Shown here: positions 21,511 through 31,148 of the stretch, piece by piece
Layout: every line of letters begins with the position of its first letter
Position numbering within the stretch: position 1 is the first letter of the stretch
NCBI GenBank assembly: GCA_963667565.1
Contig: OY763415.1
Coordinates: 1,568,001-1,632,000, forward strand
Reading direction: 5' to 3'
From: Acholeplasmataceae bacterium
GTDB taxonomy: Bacteria > Bacillota_I > Bacilli_A > Acholeplasmatales > Acholeplasmataceae
Length of the DNA stretch: 64,000 nucleotides
Made by a program: the position numbers and the translations under genes
The notes under the pieces: generated by a model
Told to the model about the DNA's origin: nothing
Seen by the model: the letters and a program-made list of their open reading frames with translations, nothing else
Databases searched by the model: none

Positions 21511-22464
21511 ATGATAAAAATAGCAAATAAATTCACATTTTATGGTTCTTGCTTTGCATTGCCGGTGTTGCATATAATTATTATATTGGTGTCACTATTA
21601 GAATCAGCAGTCTATAATGACACACACGTAATCAATGCATCTGGTGATTTGTCTTTATATTTGATGTTTGCAATGCTCCTACCATTCATAAGTCTTTTCT
21701 ATATGAGAAATTTTATGCAAATTGTTGTTTTTGATGAAAAAGGAATAAAAGCATTTAGTCTATTAGGGCTCATCCATAAATATCAGTGGAGCGAAATTAA
21801 AGACGTTAGAATTGAAAATTATAATAGTATCGGATATACATATTCGCAATTTTTCCATGTTATCGGAACAGATATTGAAAAGTATCAAAAAAGTGGAATT
21901 ATTAAAGATGACTCTAATATTACTTTTTTTTACGATAAAAAATCATATGAGTTAATGAATAAACACATCCCTAAGTTAATCGAACACGCAAATATAAAAA
22001 ATGAAAAGATAAATAGATCTCAAAAAACCACAAAGAAATTAGCCGATTTTCGAATTGGTGAATTTATAGTTAAAAATTTGATAGTAATCTTTGTTATGAT
22101 TTTAGAAGTTGTGCTATTCACCATAATATTTAAACAAGAAAACTTTTCATTTGTAGAAAGAAGCGTTATTCTAATCATATTGTATATTGTGATTTTTATA
22201 ACGCAGTTTATCGCTGCGAAATACGTTAATAAATTAATTTACATATATGAGGATCAAATTATACTCAAAAATTTTATTTCTAAAAATATTGTTATTGATA
22301 AAAAGGATATTGAATCTATCAGTTTAACAGAAAAGTATTTTATAATTAGAAGCCAAAAATCGCAGAAATTTACTTTTAGGGATAAAAAAATAAACTCAAA
22401 CGAAATTAAAATAAAAGCAAATCATAAAAATAAAGAAATTTTAGAAGAGTTAGGATATTTTTGA
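21511..22464 (+). CDS. Membrane protein, putative immunity protein with two 2TM+beta-domain modules
   Basis: AAGAGG RBS overlapping the upstream stop; four TMs in two pairs, each followed by a similar soluble segment. Confidence 0.6.
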   Translation: MIKIANKFTFYGSCFALPVLHIIIILVSLLESAVYNDTHVINASGDLSLYLMFAMLLPFISLFYMRNFMQIVVFDEKGIKAFSLLGLIHKYQWSEIKDVRIENYNSIGYTYSQFFHVIGTDIEKYQKSGIIKDDSNITFFYDKKSYELMNKHIPKLIEHANIKNEKINRSQKTTKKLADFRIGEFIVKNLIVIFVMILEVVLFTIIFKQENFSFVERSVILIILYIVIFITQFIAAKYVNKLIYIYEDQIILKNFISKNIVIDKKDIESISLTEKYFIIRSQKSQKFTFRDKKINSNEIKIKANHKNKEILEELGYF

Positions 22465-22737
22465 TTTATTTCGAAATAGAATTATTTTTGTCAATTGTAA
22501 ATCGAAAAGCAGATACAAGAGAATTATGTCACTTCATTCAAACAAAACTTTAATTAATTGTCTATGAAATGGTAATTCTAAAAACGTTCATAGTTAACTT
22601 ATGAGAAAGCTAAACAGTATAAAACAATCAAGTATTAAAAAATTAAGTTGAATTTAAAAGGATTGATCCCAGTGCAACACAGAAATCAATCCTTTATAGT
22701 TGAATATTCAATTAAAACAACAACTTTGACGGTTGAC

Positions 22738-22762
22738 TAAAGGACGAGAAATCGTCCTTTTA
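22738..22762 (-). terminator. Terminator of the met operon (probably bidirectional)
   Basis: AAAGGACGA-GAAA-TCGTCCTTT hairpin adjacent to the metQ stop. Confidence 0.7.
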
Positions 22763-22763
22763 A

Positions 22764-23579
22764 TTATGCTGGAATAACAGTCCCTTGATAATGTTCTTCA
22801 ATATACGTTTTAATTGTATCTGATGTAAGTGCAGCTACAAGTGCTTGAATTTTAGGAAGGTTTTCTCTACCTGCTTTAACAGCAACTATATTTACATAGG
22901 GATTATCAGTAGGTGATTCTAGAATAAGAGCATCTTCAAGTGGATTTAATCCACCAGATAATGCAAAGTTACCATTGATAAATACTAATGCACCTTGATT
23001 GTTTTCATAAGCACTATATAAAAGTTCTGGATTGATTTGTTCAAAAACAAGGTTTTTTGGATTTGATGTAATATCTTCAAGAGTTGCAGTTAATGAATTA
23101 ACACCATCAGCTAAAGTGATGAGCCCTGCAGCAGCAAGGATGGCTAAAAATCTACCATGATCTGAAGTAGAATTACTGATGATGACTTTATCACCATCTT
23201 GGACTTGATCAATAGAAGTATATACTTTTGAATATAATCCAAGAGGCTCAATATGAATACTTGCTACATTGACTAATTGTTTATCAGATGCAGCACTTGC
23301 ATTATATTGATCAAAATATGGAATGTGTTGGAAAAAATTAGCATCAGCTGAGCTATTAGCAACTGCTGGGTTCGGTGTTGTATATTCACTTACTACTGTA
23401 ACTTCTAAAGTATATCCTTGTGCCTCTAAGATGGGTCTTGCTTGTTCAAGGATTTCAGCATGTGGTACAGCAGTAGCAACCACATAAATGGTATTTGGAT
23501 CGTCAATGTCTGCTTGATTACATGAAGCAAGACCTAATGCGATAATGGTTAAAACGAATATTGATAATATTTTTTTCAT
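22764..23579 (-). CDS. metQ: Methionine ABC transporter substrate-binding lipoprotein (MetQ/NlpA)
   Basis: Lipobox LAS-C; PHAEIL, DANFFQHIPY, HIEPLGLYS and NPYVNI motifs. Confidence 0.92.
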   Translation of the reverse strand: MKKILSIFVLTIIALGLASCNQADIDDPNTIYVVATAVPHAEILEQARPILEAQGYTLEVTVVSEYTTPNPAVANSSADANFFQHIPYFDQYNASAASDKQLVNVASIHIEPLGLYSKVYTSIDQVQDGDKVIISNSTSDHGRFLAILAAAGLITLADGVNSLTATLEDITSNPKNLVFEQINPELLYSAYENNQGALVFINGNFALSGGLNPLEDALILESPTDNPYVNIVAVKAGRENLPKIQALVAALTSDTIKTYIEEHYQGTVIPA

Positions 23580-23593
23580 ATGTTTTCTCTTTT

Positions 23594-24259
23594 CTATTTG
23601 TGATTAATTTTTTTGACTATGAAGTCTGATGTGACTTGTATGATGAGTACAAGTAGTAAGATGATTGCTACTGAAACATATCCCGCAAGTTGTTTTGTAG
23701 AACCATTGTGAATTAAAAAGATGACTGCTTGATCACTTAATCCACCACCACCAATAGCATTTGCAGCAGAGATAAAACCAATTAAAGTGATCAGTGTCAC
23801 TGTAAAGCCTGATAACAAGGAAGGAGAAGCTTCTTTAAAGAGTGTTCGTGCAATCTTAAACTCTTTTGCACCTAAAGCTTTAAGTGCTTCTGATTTTCCT
23901 CTTGGAATGTCTAATAATGAATTATATACAATGCGCGCATAAAAAGGTGTTGCACTGACAATCAGTGGTGGAAGAGCACCATTAGCACCTAACATTTGAC
24001 CGTTTGTAATGATTAATGTTACTGGAATCATAATCACAATCAATATAACAAAAGGTACTGATCTAAATATATTGACGAACGCTGATATGATTTGATTTAA
24101 GAAAAGTAAATATTTATTTGATGTGTGTTCTTCATTTGTGAAGAATAGTGAAAAGCCTATAATTAAGCCAAATACTGAGATAAAGATAGCACTTATTAAT
24201 ATCATATAGAGTGTTTCAATTAAACCATCATAGATCAAATTTAAATCATATGTTGTCAT
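23594..24259 (-). CDS. metI: Methionine ABC transporter permease
   Basis: ETLYM, VNIFRSVPF, PFYAR and IGGGGL motifs. Confidence 0.92.
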   Translation of the reverse strand: MTTYDLNLIYDGLIETLYMILISAIFISVFGLIIGFSLFFTNEEHTSNKYLLFLNQIISAFVNIFRSVPFVILIVIMIPVTLIITNGQMLGANGALPPLIVSATPFYARIVYNSLLDIPRGKSEALKALGAKEFKIARTLFKEASPSLLSGFTVTLITLIGFISAANAIGGGGLSDQAVIFLIHNGSTKQLAGYVSVAIILLLVLIIQVTSDFIVKKINHK

Positions 24260-25226
24260 ATCTATTCACCTTAATTCCATGTGTATTTAAATAAGAAATA
24301 GCAGCATCTAAATCATGACCCGTCATCTTTACATAAAGATATCCAATTTGATCATCAACGATGTCTAGGACTTGTGCATGTAAGATATTAATGTCAATAT
24401 CATAAGATTTAATCATTTGACTTAATACAGATGTTTCGTTTGCATCTTTTGTATAGATAAATTCGTAAACATCTGTATAAGTCTCATCGATATGGATGGT
24501 TTCTTTGACGAGTGATTTGGTGACTGGATGCTTGGGGTCCATGAATAAATCTATGGTTTTGTTTTGCTCGACAATTTGACCTTGATCCATAACAACTACT
24601 TTATTGCATATTTTTTTAATGGCTTCAATTTGATGTGTAATAAAGATGATGGTTAGATTCGTTTTTTTATGAATATCTTTTAAAAGCAGTAAAATTTCAT
24701 CGGTTGTTTTTAAATCAAGCGCTGAAGTTGCTTCATCACATAATAAGTATTTAGGATTATTAGCAAGTGCACGTGCAATTGCGACTCTTTGTTTTTGCCC
24801 ACCAGACAATTGTTTAGGGTATGCATCTTGTTTGTCTTGCAAACCGACAAGTCCTAAAAGATCTTTAATGCGGGTTTCTTGATGTTTTTTATCATGTGAG
24901 ATATCTAAAGCAAGCTTGATGTTTTGATACACTGATAATTGATCAAATAAATTAAAGTCTTGAAAAATCATGCCGATTTGCTGACGCATTCGATTCAGTG
25001 CCTTTTTCTTTAAAGTTAATAAATCAACACCATCGATGATGATTTTACCTGTAGTGGGAGTAATCAGACCATTGATTAAGCGTATGAGCGTAGATTTACC
25101 TGCACCGCTGTAACCAACCACACCTAAAATGTCTCTATCATGAATGGTTAATTGAATAGGATTAAGTGCAACAAAAATTTGCTTACCGTGTTCAAATGTT
25201 TTTGATAATTGTTGTAATTCAATCAT
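24246..25226 (-). CDS. metN: Methionine ABC transporter ATPase
   Basis: GYSGAGKS, LSGGQKQRV, LCDEATSALD and a NIL-type tail; start MIELQQ at 25226 after AAAGGA. Confidence 0.93.
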   Translation of the reverse strand: MIELQQLSKTFEHGKQIFVALNPIQLTIHDRDILGVVGYSGAGKSTLIRLINGLITPTTGKIIIDGVDLLTLKKKALNRMRQQIGMIFQDFNLFDQLSVYQNIKLALDISHDKKHQETRIKDLLGLVGLQDKQDAYPKQLSGGQKQRVAIARALANNPKYLLCDEATSALDLKTTDEILLLLKDIHKKTNLTIIFITHQIEAIKKICNKVVVMDQGQIVEQNKTIDLFMDPKHPVTKSLVKETIHIDETYTDVYEFIYTKDANETSVLSQMIKSYDIDINILHAQVLDIVDDQIGYLYVKMTGHDLDAAISYLNTHGIKVNRYDNI

Positions 25227-25245
25227 ATATATTCCTTTCAAACAT

Positions 25246-25277
25246 AAAAAAATAGTCTTATCGTTGCGATAAGACTA
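25246..25277 (-). terminator. Regulated terminator of the SAM riboswitch
   Basis: On the minus strand: TAGTCTTATCG-CAA-CGATAAGACTA followed by a T-run, in the metN leader. Confidence 0.85.
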
Positions 25278-25297
25278 AGATCATGTTTGGCGTATAT

Positions 25298-25380
25298 CTT
25301 ATCGCTTATAGCATTACCACCTTATATGCACAGGTTGGTAGACGTTCACAGAGCTATATCTCTCCCGTCTTCTTGATAAA
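25298..25380 (-). ncRNA. SAM-I (S-box) riboswitch, compact variant
   Basis: Minus strand TTTATC AAGAA GACG GGAGAGATATAGCTCTGTGAA CGTC T ACCAACC..GGTGGT AATGCTATAAGC GATAAG gives P1, kink-turn P2, P3 and a pseudoknot; it lies upstream of metNIQ. Confidence 0.85.
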
Positions 25381-25397
25381 TTGATTAAGTTGAAACT

Positions 25398-25426
25398 ATT
25401 GTAACATGGGACAACAGATATGTAAA
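25398..25426 (-). promoter_or_regulatory. sigmaA promoter for riboswitch-metNIQ
   Basis: Minus strand TTTACA-17 nt-TACAAT with TG extension. Confidence 0.7.
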
Positions 25427-25453
25427 GATGTTTAATTGATAAAAATAATCCGG

Positions 25454-25792
25454 TTAAAAACGGGTGGCATCTAAGGAAAGATCAACAATCATAGAAAGCG
25501 TATATTTTAGTCCATCAATATAAATCATTTTATTTATAGTATCTATTTTAGTGACTTTTCCAAAAGAATTTTTGATGTATCCATCCTGATAATAGGATAA
25601 GTAAACATCCAGGTGTTCATGTAAAGCCTTTTGTAGATTGATATCCATTTCATAGAGTTGATCTTCTGATAGAAGTGGACGATCTTTTTTACCTAATCGA
25701 TATTTTAATTGTTTGTATAAATCATTGAAACCTGCAAGGCCATCAAAAGGAGCCCATTTAATAATACCTCTATCCACATATGTGTTATTCAT
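25454..25792 (-). CDS. YolD-like protein
   Basis: DRGIIKWAPF and RPLLSED motifs; overlaps the polymerase stop. Confidence 0.85.
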   Translation of the reverse strand: MNNTYVDRGIIKWAPFDGLAGFNDLYKQLKYRLGKKDRPLLSEDQLYEMDINLQKALHEHLDVYLSYYQDGYIKNSFGKVTKIDTINKMIYIDGLKYTLSMIVDLSLDATRF

Positions 25793-27056
25793 GATGACCT
25801 CCTACAAAATTGTTTCTCTTAACAATGGTAGAATGTTCTTCAAGGGATTCAGCACGATTGACTGAATTTTTCCCATATCTGGTTTTTATATGATCCATTG
25901 AGGATAATAATTGATATTCTTTTTCAAGCGCTTCAGCGTCCTCAAAAATGCTATATTGATAAAGTGTTGAATCTGTTAATCCACCCAAAGAGACTGAAAC
26001 GGAACGGATAGGACTACCATCATAGCCTCTTTTAAAAATAGAGACACACGTATGATAAATTTCTTTGAAAGAAGAAGTGGGTTGATCAAGTGTGACTTGT
26101 TGGTGCAATCCTCCACCAGTGGTGAGCGAATAACCAACACCAAAATGAATAACACGGCAACGTTTTCTATTCATACGAAGGCGTCTAGTAATTTCATCAG
26201 CCATCTCTAAAATAATGGTATATATTTCAGGTGTTTTATAATCATGAAATAAGACTTGACTCGTACCAAAACTTTTACTTTTAGATCTTAATTTGTTTTT
26301 ATCCTGGATTAAACTCATATCAATACCATGTGTATGATACCAAAGTTCTTCGCCTAAAATACCAAAGTGCTCTTTTAGTATTTCCTTATTATAATGTGCA
26401 ATATCACCAATGGTTTGCATACCTAAAAGATTGAGATTGCGTTCCATACGATATCCAATGCCCCACATCTCTGATAGTGGTGTAATTGGCCACAATTTTT
26501 TTGGAACATCTTCATAGGTCCATTTGGCGATGGAATCTTTTTGATGTTTAGAATCTAGGTCCATGGCAAGCTTAGATAATAGCATATTAGGGCCGATTCC
26601 ACAACTTGCAGGAAGTCCTAATTTTTCTTTAATTTCTAACACTATTTTACGTCCAAGTTCGATATCTGTCATATTATATAAAGATAGATAATGAGTCACA
26701 TCTAAAAACGCTTCGTCTATAGAATAAACATATAAATCTTCATCAGAAACATAGGATAAATATATTTCAATAATCTTCATTGTATATTCCATATAAATTT
26801 TCATTTGCGGTTTTGCGTAAATGATATAAGGCTTCATATCATCTGGAATATCAAAAAGACGTGCACGAGATGAGATCCCTAAAGATTTTAAATAAGGTGT
26901 TACAGCTAAACATAATGCGCCATTACCTCTTGTTTGATCTGCGACAACTAAAGGTGTTTCAAATGGATTAAGCCCACGAAGTGCACACTCAACAGAGGCA
27001 TAAAAACTTTTAAGATCAATACAAATAATGTGTTTATTAATTTGATATTCTTTCAT
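25785..27056 (-). CDS. Y-family (UvrX/UmuC-like) DNA polymerase
   Basis: CIDLKSFYASVEC, YSIDEAFLD, GIGPNMLLSKLA and MWGIG motifs. Confidence 0.93.
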   Translation of the reverse strand: MKEYQINKHIICIDLKSFYASVECALRGLNPFETPLVVADQTRGNGALCLAVTPYLKSLGISSRARLFDIPDDMKPYIIYAKPQMKIYMEYTMKIIEIYLSYVSDEDLYVYSIDEAFLDVTHYLSLYNMTDIELGRKIVLEIKEKLGLPASCGIGPNMLLSKLAMDLDSKHQKDSIAKWTYEDVPKKLWPITPLSEMWGIGYRMERNLNLLGMQTIGDIAHYNKEILKEHFGILGEELWYHTHGIDMSLIQDKNKLRSKSKSFGTSQVLFHDYKTPEIYTIILEMADEITRRLRMNRKRCRVIHFGVGYSLTTGGGLHQQVTLDQPTSSFKEIYHTCVSIFKRGYDGSPIRSVSVSLGGLTDSTLYQYSIFEDAEALEKEYQLLSSMDHIKTRYGKNSVNRAESLEEHSTIVKRNNFVGGHHE

Positions 27057-27182
27057 GATTAAACGCCTCCTTTGTTTTGGTATTATAATCTATAATAGAT
27101 GATAATTTCAAGGGCAAAATCAATGAAAATAAATGAAAGTTATTTCTAAGCGTTTTTATTTAGAATGATTCTTTTTGGCAAT

Positions 27183-27212
27183 AAAAAAACCTACGATTTT
27201 TGTAGGTTTTTT
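27183..27212 (-). terminator. Terminator after the DUF2200 gene
   Basis: AAAAAAACCTAC-GATTTTT-GTAGGTTTTTT. Confidence 0.75.
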
Positions 27213-27555
27213 ATGTTCTTAAAATTTTATCAAGTGTTTTTCCTTTGGCGAGTTCATCAATTTGTTTATCTAGATATCTGATGTTTTTTAAAGTAAAATC
27301 TTCGATGGTTTCTACCCTTATGCCACATACAACACCGGTGATCTTCTCGCGATTGGGATTGAGATTTGGAGCTTGTTGGAAAAAATCTTTAAAATTTAGA
27401 TTTAAAGATAAGATGGTTTCGATATCTTTATATCCGGTTAACCATAAGATAATTTCATCAACCTCTTGTTTGGTTCTTTGTTTTCTTTCAGCCTTTTTAA
27501 CATATAAGGGATAAACCTCATTGAAAAGCATGTGGTAGATTCGTTCTAAATTCAT
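27211..27555 (-). CDS. DUF2200-family protein
   Basis: VYPLYVKKAERK, WLTGY, ITGVVCGIRVE and IRYLDKQIDELAKGK motifs. Confidence 0.88.
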   Translation of the reverse strand: MNLERIYHMLFNEVYPLYVKKAERKQRTKQEVDEIILWLTGYKDIETILSLNLNFKDFFQQAPNLNPNREKITGVVCGIRVETIEDFTLKNIRYLDKQIDELAKGKTLDKILRT

Positions 27556-27667
27556 AGAGAGGCTCCTTTAAGGATTTGTTTTCATTATAGCATCTATCTG
27601 AAATAGATGGTTTTTTTCGCATTTTTAAAAACATCATGTAAAATGAAGATAGAAAGAAGGTGTTTTC

Positions 27668-28018
27668 ATGCTAGACTTGAATTCGAAAAAAGCGAAATCA
27701 ATCGTCAATCATAAGAAGGCGAAGATATTTATTGTGAGATATCACTATAAAACTAAAGTGATGAAAGCAACCATCAAAGATTTTACTGGATATGCCAATC
27801 TCATGATGATGAGAGTCAAAGATGATCAAAAGGTATTGATTAATTATAAAGTCACCTCAGGTGTATGCGCACTTGCATATATGCAAAAGGATCAGTTTCA
27901 TGTGATTGCACAAGAGACATTTAATGAAGAGGTTGTTCTTAATGTAAAAAAAGGCTTTATGCGCTTTAGAGTCATTGGAAATGATGCGTCTATTGCATTG
28001 ACGATGACATTTATTTAA
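27668..28018 (+). CDS. Hypothetical basic protein
   Basis: 116-aa ORF with AGAAGG RBS and a TG-n-TAAAAT-like -10 upstream. Confidence 0.65.
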   Translation: MLDLNSKKAKSIVNHKKAKIFIVRYHYKTKVMKATIKDFTGYANLMMMRVKDDQKVLINYKVTSGVCALAYMQKDQFHVIAQETFNEEVVLNVKKGFMRFRVIGNDASIALTMTFI

Positions 28019-28146
28019 TATGTAACAGTATTCATATATGAATGTGTTGTTGTTTCACATTTCTTTATGTATAATAGTAATGTTTAATCATATATTAGAA
28101 AATGATTAATTTTAATTAAATTGAAATATCAAAGGAGTTAATAAAC

Positions 28147-29022
28147 ATGAGCAATGATCGTTATCAATTAAATAAAGAATTAGCACAAATGCTTAAAGGT
28201 GGTGTCATCATGGATGTCACAAACGCTGAACAAGCAAAAATCGCCGAAGAAGCTGGCGCTTGTGCTGTGATGGCATTAGAAAGAATCCCAGCAGATATTA
28301 GAGCTGCAGGTGGCGTTTCAAGAATGAGTGATCCAAAACTTATCAAAGAAATTCAAGCAGCAGTAACGATTCCTGTGATGGCAAAAGTTCGTATTGGTCA
28401 TTTTGTCGAAGCACAAATTTTAGAAGCATTAGAAATCGACTATATCGATGAATCAGAAGTGTTATCACCTGCAGATCAAGTGTATCACATTAATAAAAAT
28501 GAATTTAGCGTGCCTTTTGTATGTGGTGCTAAAAACTTAGGTGAAGCATTAAGAAGAGTTGCTGAAGGTGCATCTATGATTAGAACAAAAGGTGAACCAG
28601 GTACAGGTGATGTTGTTCAAGCAGTCACTCATATGAGAATGATGCAATCAGAAATTCGATCAGTGCAAGCATTAAGAAAAGATGAATTATATCATAAAGC
28701 AAAAGAACTTCAAGTGCCTTATGAATTATTATTATATGTACATCAAAACGGTAAATTACCAGTTGTCAATTTTGCTGCAGGCGGTGTTGCAACACCAGCG
28801 GATGCTGCACTTATGATGCAACTTGGTGCAGAAGGTGTTTTTGTGGGTAGCGGTATTTTTAAATCTGGTGATCCAAAAAAACGTGCAACTGCGATTGTAC
28901 AAGCTGTTACAAACTTTAACGATTCTAAACTACTCGCAAAAGTATCTGAAGATTTAGGTGAAGCGATGGTTGGTATCAATGAAGATGAGATTGAATTATT
29001 AATGAGTGAAAGAGGCAAATAA
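28147..29022 (+). CDS. pdxS: PLP synthase lyase subunit
   Basis: [28 protein letters not shown] and [19 protein letters not shown] motifs. Confidence 0.98.
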   Translation: MSNDRYQLNKELAQMLKGGVIMDVTNAEQAKIAEEAGACAVMALERIPADIRAAGGVSRMSDPKLIKEIQAAVTIPVMAKVRIGHFVEAQILEALEIDYIDESEVLSPADQVYHINKNEFSVPFVCGAKNLGEALRRVAEGASMIRTKGEPGTGDVVQAVTHMRMMQSEIRSVQALRKDELYHKAKELQVPYELLLYVHQNGKLPVVNFAAGGVATPADAALMMQLGAEGVFVGSGIFKSGDPKKRATAIVQAVTNFNDSKLLAKVSEDLGEAMVGINEDEIELLMSERGK

Positions 29023-29023
29023 C

Positions 29024-29596
29024 ATGTTGATTGGTATTATGGCTCTTCAAGGTGCATTTGTAGAGCACGCCAATCATTTAAAACAATTAGGTATCGAGTC
29101 TTTTGAAATTAGACAAAAAAGAGATTTAGAACGTCCTATGGACGGTTTAATACTCCCAGGCGGAGAAAGTACAACCATGTACAAATTACTTGTTGATCTT
29201 GATATGGATCAACTTTTGATTGAAAGAATTAATCAAGGGTTATTTGTATTTGGAACATGTGCAGGATTATTATTATTAGCAAATGATATCAGTAATCATA
29301 CAAGAGCATTTTTAAAAGTGATGGATATCACTGCAAGAAAGAATGCTTATGGAAGACAGCTAGGCAGTTTTAGAACTTTAGGCACGTTTGGACATATTAA
29401 AGATATTGAGTTCGTATTTATTAGAGCACCATATATTGAAAAAGTGGGTCCACATGTAGAAGTCTTAGCTATTCATGATCACTTAATCGTTGCTGCTAGA
29501 GAAAAACATATCCTTGCAACTGCTTTTCATCCAGAGTTATCAAAATCAACAGATATTCACGCATACTTTATCAAAATGATTAAAGGCGAAATCTAA
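29024..29596 (+). CDS. pdxT: PLP synthase glutaminase subunit
   Basis: ALQGAF, PGGEST, GTCAG, FIRAP and FHPE motifs. Confidence 0.97.
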   Translation: MLIGIMALQGAFVEHANHLKQLGIESFEIRQKRDLERPMDGLILPGGESTTMYKLLVDLDMDQLLIERINQGLFVFGTCAGLLLLANDISNHTRAFLKVMDITARKNAYGRQLGSFRTLGTFGHIKDIEFVFIRAPYIEKVGPHVEVLAIHDHLIVAAREKHILATAFHPELSKSTDIHAYFIKMIKGEI

Positions 29597-29602
29597 ATGA
29601 AA

Positions 29603-29628
29603 TACGCACCCAAAGGTGCGTTTTTTTA
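29603..29628 (+). terminator. Intrinsic terminator
   Basis: ACGCACC-CAAA-GGTGCGT followed by a T-run. Confidence 0.85.
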
Positions 29629-29710
29629 TGGTTTTGATTTATGGTATCGTTTTATAATCCCTTTATCAAACATTTTAAATAATAAGTGATATAATACTTT
29701 TTGAAATTAG

Positions 29711-31048
29711 GTGATTCCATTGAGAAAATTAGAAAAAAATCTATATAAAATATCTTGGCCAATTTTTTTAGAATTGCTTTTTTTCACATTGCTTGGAACA
29801 GTGGATACCATCATGCTCTCCAATTTTTCAGATACAGCAGTAGGTAGCGTTGGTGTTGCAAATAGAATCCTTAATTTGTTTGCGATACTTGTCAATGTGC
29901 TTGCACTTGGAATTGGTGTAGTTGCAGCTCAATATTTAGGTGCAAATCAAGTTCAAAAAGCTAAGGATACAGTGGTTACTGGTGTCGTAGGAAATTTAAT
30001 GATGGGTATATTACTTGCTGCCATGATGATTTTTTTTGGAAAATCATTTATTAGCTTAATAGGAACGAATGCCATATTTGTTGATGATGCGATGGTCTAT
30101 TTAAGAATTGTTGGTTTCAGTTTAGTTTTCGTATCATTAAGAGTTGGGTTATCAACAGCGTTTAGAAGTTTCAGTCATCCTAAAGTTGTGATGATTATTA
30201 TGGGGATAGGGAACTTAGTCAACATTATGATTAATGCCGTTTTAATCTATGGATTATTTGGAGCACCTAGACTAGGTGTTGAAGGTGCTGCTATAGGAAC
30301 TTTAGTCGCAAGAATTGTCATGGTTATATTATTAACGATTTATACATATAAGATTTTAGAAATTAAGTTACATAAAATTAGATTTCATGTTGAACAACTT
30401 AAGAAAATACTTTATGTTGGTGTTCCAGGAGCAACCGAAAATACGATGTATAATATCGCTCAAGTACTTATTTTATATTTTGTCAATCAAATGAGTCCTG
30501 AAGCTGTGATTGCACAGTCTTATATCTCATTAGTGTTATCATTTGTGTTCATCTTTAGCTTTGCTTTCGCCAGTGGCAATTCTATCATTGTGGGTTATCA
30601 CATTGGAGAGCGACAGCTTGAAGATGGGTATAAAGCAACACTTAAAACTATTAAAGTTACATTTGTCACGATTTTGATTGTCACAGGTTTATTAAATATA
30701 TTTGCTTATCCGATTATATCGATGTTCACAGATAATGTTCTAATTATTAAAATGGTTAGACAAGTCATTTATATCTCAATTTTTATTGAAATTGGACGTT
30801 CAATGAATTTGGTTTATATTTCAGCTTTGAGATCTGCAAATGATACGATATTCCCAGTGGTGATGGCTGTGATATCTATGTTTGGTCTTGCTGTGTTATT
30901 TACCTATATTTTCGGTATCAGATTAGAAATGGGTATCTTTGGTGTGTTTTTAGCAGCGATGATGGATGAACTCTTTAGAGGAACATCCATGGCATATCGA
31001 TGGTATAAGCGCAGATGGATGCAAATGAGTAATCGAGATTTGGTTTAA
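29711..31048 (+). CDS. MATE-family efflux transporter
   Basis: About 12 TMs; WPIFLE, VDTIMLS and GLFGAPRLGVEGAAIGT motifs. Confidence 0.92.
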   Translation: MIPLRKLEKNLYKISWPIFLELLFFTLLGTVDTIMLSNFSDTAVGSVGVANRILNLFAILVNVLALGIGVVAAQYLGANQVQKAKDTVVTGVVGNLMMGILLAAMMIFFGKSFISLIGTNAIFVDDAMVYLRIVGFSLVFVSLRVGLSTAFRSFSHPKVVMIIMGIGNLVNIMINAVLIYGLFGAPRLGVEGAAIGTLVARIVMVILLTIYTYKILEIKLHKIRFHVEQLKKILYVGVPGATENTMYNIAQVLILYFVNQMSPEAVIAQSYISLVLSFVFIFSFAFASGNSIIVGYHIGERQLEDGYKATLKTIKVTFVTILIVTGLLNIFAYPIISMFTDNVLIIKMVRQVIYISIFIEIGRSMNLVYISALRSANDTIFPVVMAVISMFGLAVLFTYIFGIRLEMGIFGVFLAAMMDELFRGTSMAYRWYKRRWMQMSNRDLV

Positions 31049-31067
31049 AGAGACCTAAATAACGCAT

Positions 31068-31110
31068 AAAAACAACAGTTATATCTTAGGATATACCTTG
31101 TTGTTTTTTA
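31068..31110 (+). terminator. Intrinsic terminator
   Basis: AAAAACAACA..TATATC-TTAG-GATATA..TGTTGTTTTT hairpin. Confidence 0.6.
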
Positions 31111-31148
31111 TATTTTCCTATATAATAATAGAGACTTGAGGTGATACT

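Noticed and set aside
27591..27617. CATCTAT-CTGAA-ATAGATG + T-run between divergent genes as evidence of a hidden sRNA
   Set aside because: The stem is weak and AT-rich, with no supporting + strand promoter or transcript; it may just be promoter-region sequence.
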